From: a bacterium
Lineage (GTDB): Bacteria; UBA8248
Direction: 5' to 3'
Length of the DNA: 64,000 nt
Assembly (NCBI GenBank): GCA_965261085.1
Contig: OZ253442.1
Span: forward strand, 4,096,001-4,160,000
Part shown: positions 49,970 through 58,569 of the stretch, one piece after another
How the letters are laid out: the number at the start of each line of letters is the position of its first letter
How positions within the stretch are numbered: the stretch's first letter is position 1
Notes under the pieces: generated by a model
Database searches by the model: none
What the model was told of the DNA's origin: nothing
The model's input: the letters and a program-made list of their open reading frames with translations, nothing else
Position numbers and translations under genes: made by a program

Positions 49970-50302
49970 ATGGCTATACTTCACTGGAACGACGTCGAGA
50001 ATAGACAACTGAACGACATCATCCGCGGCAGAATCGTCAAAACGGACAACGTGATGGCGTGCAGGATCACGGCGAGCGCCGGAAAGCCCATCAAAACCCA
50101 CACCCACGAGTTTGACCAGATAACGCACATGATTCGGGGAAAACTGAAGTTCCACTCCGGAGATGAGGATTATCAAGTCGTTCAGGCGGGAGACGTCATG
50201 GTCTTTCCGGCGGGAACCCCGCACGGAGGAGAGGTTCTGGAAGAAGCGGAATATATCGACATGTTCTCGCCGCCGAATCCGGATTTCCAGTGGGACAAAT
50301 AA
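49970..50302 (+). CDS. Cupin domain protein
   Basis: HTHEFDQ and PAGTPHG cupin motifs. Confidence 0.9.
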   Translation: MAILHWNDVENRQLNDIIRGRIVKTDNVMACRITASAGKPIKTHTHEFDQITHMIRGKLKFHSGDEDYQVVQAGDVMVFPAGTPHGGEVLEEAEYIDMFSPPNPDFQWDK

Positions 50303-50353
50303 CCGCCAGGCTTAGAACCGCATTGAGGTGAGAACCCGTTCTGCCCCAATGCG

Positions 50354-50390
50354 AAAAACCGGCCCTCCCCGTATCGGGAGAGCCGGCTCT
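50354..50390 (-). terminator. Intrinsic terminator ending the phage-like operon
   Basis: Minus strand ccggctctccc-gatacg-gggagggccgg followed by ttttt, immediately after TAA at 50391. Confidence 0.8.
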
Positions 50391-50594
50391 TTAGTTCTTG
50401 AATCGTCTGAGATTCGCGCTTTTCCTACCCGGCTCCCGCCGACTCATCCGCTCCAGGGCCAAGCCGGCTTCGAGTACCTCCTGGTTGAAGCGAAACTCCT
50501 CCCAGGAGCATCGGGCCAGCAGGTGCGGGGGGAGGCCGTAGGTCTTCGCCTGAAAATGAATGACCCCCAGAAATTCTTTCCTACGCCGCCGGAA
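50391..50594 (-). CDS. Probable frameshifted C-terminal extension (T part) of the tail assembly chaperone
   Basis: Open +1 frame overlapping the end of 50581-50973, no obvious own RBS/ATG, terminator directly after its stop. Confidence 0.6.
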   Translation of the reverse strand, partial: FRRRRKEFLGVIHFQAKTYGLPPHLLARCSWEEFRFNQEVLEAGLALERMSRREPGRKSANLRRFKN

Positions 50595-50973
50595 ACGTAT
50601 CGCCTCCCGGCGCGCCCTCCTCAGGGGCAGGGGCCGCCGTCTCGTTCTGCAGGGCCGTAACGGCGGTGAAGATCGCATCCGCATCCGCCGGGGCGAGTTC
50701 ATGGATACTGAGTTCATCCGGCATACAACGCCCCGGTTCTTTTTCAGTCATCGAGCCGCGCTCGGGAACGAAACAACGCCTCAGGATGCAGTGCACCCAC
50801 TCTCCGGTGAGCGCATATCGCTCCTCCCCGCTCGCAGCGCCGTTCGAGGCGCCCGCGAACAGTTTCGGATACGCCGCCATGTCCAGGAGATTCGGCGCGC
50901 GCACGAAGCCCTTGAGCCCTGAAGGCAGGGTGATGGGCTTGCGGCCATGGTTTCTGTATTCTGATATTTCCAC
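50581..50973 (-). CDS. Putative phage tail assembly chaperone (G part)
   Basis: Directly after the tail tube gene; GTG start with ggagg RBS; size and position typical. Confidence 0.65.
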   Translation of the reverse strand: MEISEYRNHGRKPITLPSGLKGFVRAPNLLDMAAYPKLFAGASNGAASGEERYALTGEWVHCILRRCFVPERGSMTEKEPGRCMPDELSIHELAPADADAIFTAVTALQNETAAPAPEEGAPGGDTFPAA

Positions 50974-51045
50974 GATTCCTCCCTATCGTTTTCGCTGAAT
51001 CAGACCCACTTGAGATGAAGAAGAATCCGCCTATTGGGATGACGA

Positions 51046-52185
51046 CTAGGTGAAGACGATAGATATCTCGTCATCGCCTATATCGCGCGCCAGGCGGTAA
51101 GGCGCATCGTAAGTCAACAGACCGTCCCGGTCCCCGAAACCCAAATCCGAATATTGGCACTTGGGCGCGGTGATGGTGCAGATGTTCCCGGCCCTGTGGC
51201 CGATCTGCACGCCCAGGGGGAGTTGCGCGCCGCTCTCCCAATCGGCGAACACATCGTCGGTGGCTTTGAGCACGGCTTCGGGGTCGAACGAACCGGAGGG
51301 CGCCCGGCCCGTCACCATGGCGTTCACGTGTCCGCCCGATGCGTTGGCGCTCTGGCGCAAAACCACGTTGTTGTTCATGGCGAAGCGGATGTTCGTCACG
51401 TCGAAGTGGAACCCGCCGAACGAGAAGCCGCTCATGAGGACGGGTTCGGGCGTTTCGGCGTCGTAGGAATCGCCATTGAGCAGGGCTGCATCGCTCACCT
51501 CGAAATCGGCCGCCTCGAACTCCCAGTCCACCGTGGGAACGCCGTCCAGAGGGCAATTGATGGAAAAACTCCCCATGCAGCCCAGATACATGATCCGCAA
51601 GCCGTCGATGAACGTCGTCAGGCAGATTCTCGTGTAGTCCGATTTATCGGATGTGGGTGCATAGGTGACGGAGGCGCCCGCGGCAATCGTCTCCCTCATC
51701 GCACAGCCTTTGAACAACAATCCATAATCCGGAGCAATTCCCGCAGCGCCGGAACCGCGCAACTCGGTGGAAAAGGTAATCTGGGCGGAGCGCTTCCCGG
51801 GAATCGACGGGAAGGGCGAGAGGCTCGCATCCTTCACCGCGCGCTCGAGCTGCTCCACGCTGACCTCATGGGCGAAGTTGCCCGCCCGGAACAATTCCCC
51901 CGCAGCAGCCGGCCGATCCAGAAGATAGGCCGTGCCCGCAACGGGCATGGCGTCCCAGGCGGCGTCTACCGTAATCGTGTCCGAGGTCGAATCGAATTCC
52001 CGCACTCTTCTTTTTTGGCCGATGCCCACGCCTCGAATCGTTCGCAGCACCGAACCGTTCCAGAAATCATCATCCTCTGAAAGCGCGGCGTCCACCAAGG
52101 TGGAGGCATCGGCGGAATCCGCCACCAGTTCTTTTTCTTCCGTCGCGCCGATAGTTTGGAGATCCATCAATATCGTATCGCCCAT
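51046..52185 (-). CDS. Phage tail tube protein with inserted N-proximal domain
   Basis: ITFSTELRGSG, TITAPKCQY, GDRDGLLTY, GDDEISIVFT pattern of phage tube proteins; ggagg RBS. Confidence 0.75.
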   Translation of the reverse strand: MGDTILMDLQTIGATEEKELVADSADASTLVDAALSEDDDFWNGSVLRTIRGVGIGQKRRVREFDSTSDTITVDAAWDAMPVAGTAYLLDRPAAAGELFRAGNFAHEVSVEQLERAVKDASLSPFPSIPGKRSAQITFSTELRGSGAAGIAPDYGLLFKGCAMRETIAAGASVTYAPTSDKSDYTRICLTTFIDGLRIMYLGCMGSFSINCPLDGVPTVDWEFEAADFEVSDAALLNGDSYDAETPEPVLMSGFSFGGFHFDVTNIRFAMNNNVVLRQSANASGGHVNAMVTGRAPSGSFDPEAVLKATDDVFADWESGAQLPLGVQIGHRAGNICTITAPKCQYSDLGFGDRDGLLTYDAPYRLARDIGDDEISIVFT

Positions 52186-52257
52186 TCTCTATTCTCCTCC
52201 TTCGGTTTTTTTGAAGCGAAGGGACATCCTTCGCCGGTTTTCATTCCTTCTTTCCAA

Positions 52258-52791
52258 TCAATCCCGCCGAATCCGCTCTATCGCCCGAACCCGGATTTCT
52301 GCGTAATGGCAAAGCACGTTTCCAAATGTTCTTAGTTCAATCAGGTCCACCTGCGGAGGCTGAAGACGCTCCAGGGACCGAACGCGCGGGGCGCCTGATT
52401 CATCGAGGAGGCGAAGCGTTTTGTCGTTCCTGAAGCGGTCGCAAATCTCCTCGATCAGCTCCTGAAAGGCCACCTCACTGCCCACCGCGTCCTCGGCGCT
52501 CATGATTCCGAACAACAAGAACGTATGGGTTCTTCTGCTGAGGCCTGCGGGCGTGAAGCCGCCGGCCGCGTTCGAGCCGATGGATGCGACCTCTTCTCCG
52601 GCTCTCTCGCGCGTCAGCACCCAGCCCCTGATTTGGTTGAGGCCGTTGCCAGCTTCCCACCGGAAAAGGTCCAGGTATTTGCCCAGATCGGCCGACCAGC
52701 GCTGATAGCTGTGCACCCGCCCCGCCTCCGCCACGCTCGATATTTCCGCCAAAATGGCGTCGCCAATTTCTTTGTATTGTGATTTAGCCAC
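52258..52791 (-). CDS. Putative tail terminator/completion protein
   Basis: Position between neck and tube genes; GRVHSYQRW, GWVLTR, LCHYAEI; GTG overlaps the upstream stop. Confidence 0.6.
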   Translation of the reverse strand: MAKSQYKEIGDAILAEISSVAEAGRVHSYQRWSADLGKYLDLFRWEAGNGLNQIRGWVLTRERAGEEVASIGSNAAGGFTPAGLSRRTHTFLLFGIMSAEDAVGSEVAFQELIEEICDRFRNDKTLRLLDESGAPRVRSLERLQPPQVDLIELRTFGNVLCHYAEIRVRAIERIRRD

Positions 52792-53308
52792 CGACTCTCC
52801 TCGCAATCTCATCCAGCAGTTCACGAATGCGCCTGTCGATTCGGCTTTGGTTATCCTCAAAAGCGCGCGCGAACATGCGGTGTCCACTTGTCCCGCGCCG
52901 GACTATCGCGCGAGCAACGAGGAAGGCCACGCTCTCGATATACCCATCGGGCGGATCCAGTTTGTGGGCCACCCAGCGATACAGGGACGACCCCTCCCTC
53001 CAGGGCGGCATTCCGCCACCCGCCCGGCGTCCGAATTCCACGTACCTGGCGTAAGGGACGCGCGAAGCGACCACGCCGCGCAACACGCCCCGGCCTTCTC
53101 CCTTGATTTCGGTGAAAATACTGCCCCTGAGGTTTCCGCTCGCGCCGATGGGCGTTCGCGTCATGACCTCGCGCCTGAGCATTTCGGTGATCTCGGCCAT
53201 CGCCTCGCGCGCGAGGCGAAAAACCTCCTCCTCCTGCGCGCTCGGCGGCGCTTCCGCCAGGGCATCAAGCGTTATATGTCGACGAAACACTTCGCCTCTC
53301 CTCCCCAC
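52784..53308 (-). CDS. HK97 gp10-like neck/tail-completion protein
   Basis: TPIGASGNLRGSI, YARYVEFG, RRGT...MFARAF. Confidence 0.78.
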   Translation of the reverse strand: MGRRGEVFRRHITLDALAEAPPSAQEEEVFRLAREAMAEITEMLRREVMTRTPIGASGNLRGSIFTEIKGEGRGVLRGVVASRVPYARYVEFGRRAGGGMPPWREGSSLYRWVAHKLDPPDGYIESVAFLVARAIVRRGTSGHRMFARAFEDNQSRIDRRIRELLDEIARRVGG

Positions 53309-54019
53309 CTAGCGATCCCCGGACGCGCCGTGCGTGAAGTATTCGCCGCGCCCCAGGGAGAGGAGCGCGTCCCAATCGAGAGAAGCGCCCGCGGGACCCG
53401 CCACTTCGCCTTCCTTGCGGCCGATATGGTTCTGGTATTTACGCTCGAGCTCTCGCCCCAGGCGCGTGTATTCCCCGGACTTGCTCTGGTAGTCCACCGA
53501 ATTCGCAGCGATGGTCGGGGTCGAGGACTGGGCGAAGCGGCGGGCCAGAAGGTGGCAGCCCTCTGCGGCGGCCAGCCAGGCCACGGCGGTCAGATCGTTT
53601 TCGGGAACGCTCGTGCGCTCGTCATCTGCCGTGTGCTTGAGCGTGTAGAACAAGCGAAGCGTCTGGCCCTGTTGAGGGACGAAGTACATGAGCCTGAACT
53701 TCGCCGCCGGGGTCCCTTTCGCATAGATGATCCAGGCGCTCCTAAGCAGGTAGGAGGGTTTCCGCTTGCCCTGGGGATATTCCACCGCCCGGATGAAGGA
53801 GAGGGAATCGTCCCAAGCCGTTGGCAAGGGAAAATCGAACGTTTCGCTATCGCCTGCGAAATCGGCGAACGAGACGAGCGGCCTGTCCTTGCTGTAGCGC
53901 GTGAGCGCCGCGTTAACCAAATCGGCGAAATCCGCCTCCTCGACCCCGAACTCCTGCGGCAGCGCGCCCGCCTTCAACAGCACCTTCACCTCCTTGATGA
54001 TCGTCTGCCTGCCGGCCAT
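53309..54019 (-). CDS. Putative head-tail adaptor protein
   Basis: Position after capsid; AALTRYSKDRP, AVEYP; start ATG 54019 after aaggag. Confidence 0.6.
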   Translation of the reverse strand: MAGRQTIIKEVKVLLKAGALPQEFGVEEADFADLVNAALTRYSKDRPLVSFADFAGDSETFDFPLPTAWDDSLSFIRAVEYPQGKRKPSYLLRSAWIIYAKGTPAAKFRLMYFVPQQGQTLRLFYTLKHTADDERTSVPENDLTAVAWLAAAEGCHLLARRFAQSSTPTIAANSVDYQSKSGEYTRLGRELERKYQNHIGRKEGEVAGPAGASLDWDALLSLGRGEYFTHGASGDR

Positions 54020-54062
54020 TTCTGTTTTCTCCTTTGCTCGCTCACCCGATGCGGGCGGGGGT

Positions 54063-54404
54063 TCAAGTCTTGAGCGTGATCTTGGCCTCGAACGTGAACG
54101 AAGGCTCCTCCCCGCCGACGGACCACGCGAGCCTGACCCAGGGGCCGATGTTCGCGAGCTTGACGAGGGTTTTTCCGGTCGAGGTGATCCGGGCGGATTT
54201 GGTATGGACGAAAACCGCTTCATCATCTGCAGGCCCGGTTTGCACCTCGAAATCAAGCGTGGGGGATGCACCCGAGACCGCCGTCACGTCGATGAACAAC
54301 AGCGCCTCGGTGAAGCGGCTCACCTCGAACGCCGTGCTGCCTCCCGCGGCGACGCGGGCCGCGGGAGGAGCGAGGACTATGGTGTGGGTTCGCCTGTCGG
54401 ACAT
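54063..54404 (-). CDS. Small beta-rich virion protein (possible head decoration)
   Basis: 113 aa directly after capsid, aaggag RBS, alternating beta-strand pattern. Confidence 0.55.
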   Translation of the reverse strand: MSDRRTHTIVLAPPAARVAAGGSTAFEVSRFTEALLFIDVTAVSGASPTLDFEVQTGPADDEAVFVHTKSARITSTGKTLVKLANIGPWVRLAWSVGGEEPSFTFEAKITLKT

Positions 54405-54438
54405 GGCTTCTCCTTTGTATGGGCAAACGACCCGCGAA

Positions 54439-56520
54439 CTACGCGGGCGCGCCGCGATAGAAGCCGCGAAAGTCCAGGACGGCGCCGCCGTAGACGTGTC
54501 TGATCTTGTAGCGAATCTTGTCCGCGCTGAATCCGCTGCCGGCGGAGGGGTTGTCCTCGATGAACAGCTCGGGCTCGCGCATGTCGTCCATGAAGCCGAT
54601 TTCGATGGTGTCCATCAGGCCCGGGTCGGCGATCATGTACCAATCGTTCGCGTCGGTGAGTTCGGGCACCCACAAGGGCTCCATACCCAGGCGGTTGATG
54701 ACGCTCGGCTGCGCGGAGTTCCCGCCCGCAACAACCTTGACGGACGACTGGGTGACGTCGAACGCTTCTTCGAGCAGCTCCGTGGGGTGAACGAGAAATT
54801 TCGGCCGCGCTTGAGCCGCCACCTCGACGCCCTCTTCTCCATAAAACGTCTGCCGGCCCATCGCCTTGATGCCGGCGATGACGTTGTCGTACGTGAGCGC
54901 GTTCGTGGAGGTGTTGTTGTGGTTGGCGTGGAACAGCGCGTCCCCGTCGTATATGTCGGCGTTTGCCGTCAGGAAATCGAACACGAAGCTGTTCAGGGTG
55001 CGCTGGGCCGCACGGGCGAGACGCTGGGGAATCATGCGAATCGCGCCCATGTCGTCGTTCTGGATCATCTCCCAGGTGAGGTCTTCCACCCCACCGCGCT
55101 TGGCCACGGCGTACGTCACCTCCTCATCCGTCGGGGAGGCGAGCGCCGGATAGGTAGCCTGTTCGGCGACTTTTTGCAGATCACCGTAGCCGCCGACGCG
55201 CACCCGGCGGTTCGTGCGGAAATCCTTGACGGGCGCCACGGAGGAGACGATCTTCTTCCACTGGTGGAACCTCTCGTCCCTGAAATCACGCAGCATGGCC
55301 CGCCGGATGGAATCCCCGAACGCCTCCCCCCATGTATTCGTCTGCAAGGAGGCGGAGAGGCGGCGCACCCCGTTCCAGTCCTCGGCGGCTCGGTGATAGT
55401 GGAAAGTCTCGGCGAAGAACTGGCGCGGGGTGAGGCGATGGCCCGTGAAATCCTGAAACGCCTCGCTCATGAAGCGGTAGGGCCGCTCCCCGTCGACCAC
55501 CTCATCGCGCGAACTCCAAAGCCCGTCGAGGGCCGCTTTTTTGCGGTCCGCCTCGTCTCGCATCACCTCCGCACGCGCGCCGAAACCACGGAGTGCGCCG
55601 CTCGCCGTGAGTTTTTCCAGCGTGGACGCCTCGATGCGAATCGCATCTTCGATTTCCTCCTCAGTGAAGCTCCTGCCCCCGAACTGGGCGCGCATTTTCT
55701 CCTGAACGGCTTCGGGCAATGCGGAGGCCGCGAGTTTTTGAGCAAGCACCCTGCGCGCGGCGGTCTCCGGGGTCCTGGTTTCGTCCTTCATGGCGCTTCC
55801 TCCATTTTCCTTGAAGTCCAGTTCGAGGCCTGCGTCTTCACAGGCCGCGAGGAGTTGTTGCGGCGTCCATTTATCACCGAGCCTCCTGGCCGATTCGGGC
55901 GCCACGCTTTTGAGTTTCTTTCCGAGTTTCTCGAACATCTTCACCTCCGATGTAGTGGAATGATTGGCGGCGAGACCCAGAATCCCGCCCCCCAGCTTGC
56001 CTTTGTGCACGACGTCGACGGAGTGAACCGCCAGAATCTTTTCGAAATGCAAAACGAGCCTATCGGCCTCCTCGCGGAACTCCGCTTGCGCTAAAACGTC
56101 AAAGGAAAAGCCAAAAGGCTCATCGAGACCCCGGGCCAGCGCATCGTGCGCCAGCGCCTGAAACCATGCCGCGGATCGCGAAACCGCAAAGGTGCTCAAA
56201 AGCCCCTCCTCACCCATTCGGACCTCGCGGTGCCAGCCAACCAGGTCCTTGATGTCGGGACCACCCGACCCGGTATGGTTCGCGAACGCCTGCGCGCCCT
56301 CGAACAGGGGAGCGGCTTCGCGCAGAACCTCACGGGGCAGGAACCACTCCCCATCCCTCGAGTAGCCGGCTTGTGCGATCAGCACGTCGAAATCCCAGGT
56401 TTCGCCCGGCGGCTGCGCTTGTTTCGCAACCGCGCGAATGAGTTGGCCATGCAGCCTTAAGGGGCGAAAATCCTTTTGCGCTTCCGCGCGCGCCCATATG
56501 AGGTTCATCCATCTTTTCAA
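54439..56520 (-). CDS. Fused prohead protease-scaffold-major capsid protein (Mu gpT-like capsid)
   Basis: N-terminal FANH/GFSFD/SVDVV protease-like part; C-terminal KRGG..LTWEMIQNDD, YDGDALFHANHNN, IRYKIRHVYGG; TTG start after aaggag. Confidence 0.82.
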   Translation of the reverse strand: MKRWMNLIWARAEAQKDFRPLRLHGQLIRAVAKQAQPPGETWDFDVLIAQAGYSRDGEWFLPREVLREAAPLFEGAQAFANHTGSGGPDIKDLVGWHREVRMGEEGLLSTFAVSRSAAWFQALAHDALARGLDEPFGFSFDVLAQAEFREEADRLVLHFEKILAVHSVDVVHKGKLGGGILGLAANHSTTSEVKMFEKLGKKLKSVAPESARRLGDKWTPQQLLAACEDAGLELDFKENGGSAMKDETRTPETAARRVLAQKLAASALPEAVQEKMRAQFGGRSFTEEEIEDAIRIEASTLEKLTASGALRGFGARAEVMRDEADRKKAALDGLWSSRDEVVDGERPYRFMSEAFQDFTGHRLTPRQFFAETFHYHRAAEDWNGVRRLSASLQTNTWGEAFGDSIRRAMLRDFRDERFHQWKKIVSSVAPVKDFRTNRRVRVGGYGDLQKVAEQATYPALASPTDEEVTYAVAKRGGVEDLTWEMIQNDDMGAIRMIPQRLARAAQRTLNSFVFDFLTANADIYDGDALFHANHNNTSTNALTYDNVIAGIKAMGRQTFYGEEGVEVAAQARPKFLVHPTELLEEAFDVTQSSVKVVAGGNSAQPSVINRLGMEPLWVPELTDANDWYMIADPGLMDTIEIGFMDDMREPELFIEDNPSAGSGFSADKIRYKIRHVYGGAVLDFRGFYRGAPA

Positions 56521-56557
56521 GGGGAACTCCTTTCTCTCTGGTCCTTTCGGGTATCTG

Positions 56558-56601
56558 CTCCCGGCGATACGCCGGGGAGAGCGCCTCCCCGATACGGGAG
56601 A
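56558..56601 (-). promoter_or_regulatory. Tandem leader hairpins upstream of the capsid gene
   Basis: ctcccggcgatacgccggggag and ctccccgatacgggaga, both with GATAC at the loop. Confidence 0.5.
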
Positions 56602-56709
56602 CGGGTGCAACGGGGACAATCTAGGGCAAGGGGTCTCAAACGCGGGCCTCGCAAATGCGGGGAAATGCGTATTTGACGTCTTTTTATGAGGACTTTTTAA
56701 TTTTGCTAA

Positions 56710-56738
56710 TTGTAAATATCAGGAAAATGCGGTAACAT
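56710..56738 (+). promoter_or_regulatory. Putative sigma70-type promoter for the diadenylate cyclase gene
   Basis: TTGTAA-17 bp-TAACAT in an AT-rich intergenic region. Confidence 0.45.
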
Positions 56739-56879
56739 ACGGAAAATTATGGAGTTGCGGACGAAGCGGGTGGTCCCGGCGTCTACCAATTCTGGATTCT
56801 ACGCCCGCCACTCGGAAATTCCCGGAATCGCCGAGCGACAAAGACCGCCCCTTTATTAACGTGGACGAGGTTTAATCTC

Positions 56880-58175
56880 ATGTGGGGCGTCGCTCAACCG
56901 GCATTGAATTTCATCCAGAAGCTCTCCTGGAACCATATGCTCGACATCGGGATCATGTGGTTTCTGCTCTACCAGGTATATATTCGTTTCAAGGGCACCC
57001 AGGCGATGCGTCTCCTCGTGCGCGTATTCGCAGTATGGCTCATCTATCTCGCCTCCCAGGCCGCTGGTCTGCACCTGACCTCATTCCTGCTGTGGGCCAT
57101 CTGGATTGCCGTTCTCATCTTGTTTCTCATCAATTTCCACGGAGAAATCCAGAAGATATTCTTCCAGCTCAACCCGGTGCGCAGAATATCCACCCTGCTG
57201 CGCCGGGCGATGCGCATCCGCCTGCCGGACGAGAGCGTCGCCACCATCGCAGGCTCCGTATTCTCGCTCGCGGCCAAGAGCTTGGGAGCCATCATCGTCG
57301 TGGAACGCCGCGATTTGACCGAAGCGCTCTTGAACAGCCCGGGTGAGGAGATCGAGGCGGTCATCCAGCCCACGCTTCTCGATTCCATCTTCTTCAAGGG
57401 GGCGCCCTACCACGACGGCGCCGCCGTGGTTCACGAGAACAAGGTCTCGCGCGCGGGCTGCCTCCTGCCCCTTTCGGAGAACCGCGCCCTGCCGCCTGAG
57501 TTCGGCACGCGCCACAGGGCGGCGGTGGGCATCACGGAGCGCTGCGACGCCCTGGCGATCGTCATATCCGAGGAACGCGGAGAGATCACCTGCGTGGAAG
57601 GCGGCCTTATCAAGGCGATGAAAGATGAAGATGAACTCGCCTCCTGGCTCACCACGCGGCTGCGCGCGGCCCGAGGGGCGGGACAGACGAAAAGGCGCAT
57701 ATCGCTTGGCCACGTTTTCGATAACTGGCGGCCCAAGCTCGCCGCGCTGGCCGCCGTTATTTTCCTCTGGTCGCTCGGCGGGCAGGAAAACCAAAATCCG
57801 CAGAATTTCTTCCCGCAACTCGAAAGCAAGGTAGAGGAAGAATTCCGGGTTCCACTCCATTATTACAACATTCCGAACGGCGTCACTCTGCCGGCCGATG
57901 CAGTGAAGGTGGTCAAAATCCGCCTCAGGGGCAGGCGCGATCTACTGAACTACATCGACGCCACCCGTCTGCGCATGAACGTGAACCTCGCCAAAATGAC
58001 GCCCGGCGCGCATTCGCGCACGCTATCGAGCCGCGATATCGACCTGCCGAGCGACCTCGAATTCCTGAGCGTGGAACCCAAGGCCTTGGAACTGAACCTC
58101 GCCAAAGCCCCCGCGCCTGAGAAAATGACGAAATCGAGCGCCTCCACAGAAACGCCGGAGTCCTCGAACTTTTAA
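56880..58175 (+). CDS. Membrane diadenylate cyclase (CdaA/DisA_N) fused to a C-terminal YbbR/CdaR-like domain
   Basis: 3 TM helices, YHDGA and GTRHRAA catalytic motifs, SEERG, extra TM plus YbbR-like beta domain. Confidence 0.9.
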   Translation: MWGVAQPALNFIQKLSWNHMLDIGIMWFLLYQVYIRFKGTQAMRLLVRVFAVWLIYLASQAAGLHLTSFLLWAIWIAVLILFLINFHGEIQKIFFQLNPVRRISTLLRRAMRIRLPDESVATIAGSVFSLAAKSLGAIIVVERRDLTEALLNSPGEEIEAVIQPTLLDSIFFKGAPYHDGAAVVHENKVSRAGCLLPLSENRALPPEFGTRHRAAVGITERCDALAIVISEERGEITCVEGGLIKAMKDEDELASWLTTRLRAARGAGQTKRRISLGHVFDNWRPKLAALAAVIFLWSLGGQENQNPQNFFPQLESKVEEEFRVPLHYYNIPNGVTLPADAVKVVKIRLRGRRDLLNYIDATRLRMNVNLAKMTPGAHSRTLSSRDIDLPSDLEFLSVEPKALELNLAKAPAPEKMTKSSASTETPESSNF

Positions 58176-58217
58176 GACCCCTCTTTTCAGATACTTGAAT
58201 TTTCAGCCCTCAAAAAT

Positions 58218-58246
58218 TTGCTTTTTTCGTGCAAAGAGCCGATATT
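58218..58246 (+). promoter_or_regulatory. Putative sigma70-type promoter for the structured RNA
   Basis: TTGCTT-17 bp-GATATT. Confidence 0.45.
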
Positions 58247-58251
58247 GAAAG

Positions 58252-58419
58252 GACCGGGCTATCGTCGCCGAGACGTCCATGGCGCTTTGAGGAGCGATAG
58301 GGGCGAACCATCTTTGATGGTCCTCGGCGTCAGCCGAGTGAGGCGGTAAGGAGCCGACAAAGAAGTCGACTCCGGTCCGGATCAAGGTAACCCGTCAAAG
58401 GAAGGAGGATGCGATGATA
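58252..58419 (+). ncRNA. Multi-stem structured RNA resembling a divergent c-di-AMP (ydaO) riboswitch
   Basis: Stems tatcgtcgc/gcgatgata, ctttga/tcaaag, accatc/gatggt, ctcggc/gccgag, gagccgac/gtcgactc; GGGGCGAA and GTAAC motifs. Confidence 0.45.
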
Positions 58420-58506
58420 TTCACAATAAATCGCTTCAGCCGTGCGGAGACGCTATCCTCCCCGGCCCCATTGCATCGCCGGGCGGGGAGGAAACCTCAA
58501 GGCTGA
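58414..58506 (+). CDS. Possible 30-aa small ORF (MIFTINRFSRAETLSSPAPLHRRAGRKPQG)
   Basis: Strong AAGGAGG RBS 5 nt before ATG. Confidence 0.3.
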   Translation: MIFTINRFSRAETLSSPAPLHRRAGRKPQG

Positions 58507-58569
58507 TGCCTTTATAAAGGCGGCAAAACGCCTTATTGAGGTGAGACGAGTTCTCACCCTGAAAAGAAG

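Noticed and set aside
52186-52227. Upstream in-frame ATG (52227) and TAG before the tail tube gene, as readthrough or pseudogene
   Set aside because: ATG 52185 has its own GGAGG RBS and the upstream peptide is only 12 aa; no evidence of recoding.
54439-56520. Capsid gene as an encapsulin nanocompartment
   Set aside because: It is accompanied by protease, adaptor, neck and tail genes, which encapsulin operons lack.
50391-56520. Contractile injection system or tailocin
   Set aside because: No sheath, baseplate or spike genes, and a capsid is present.
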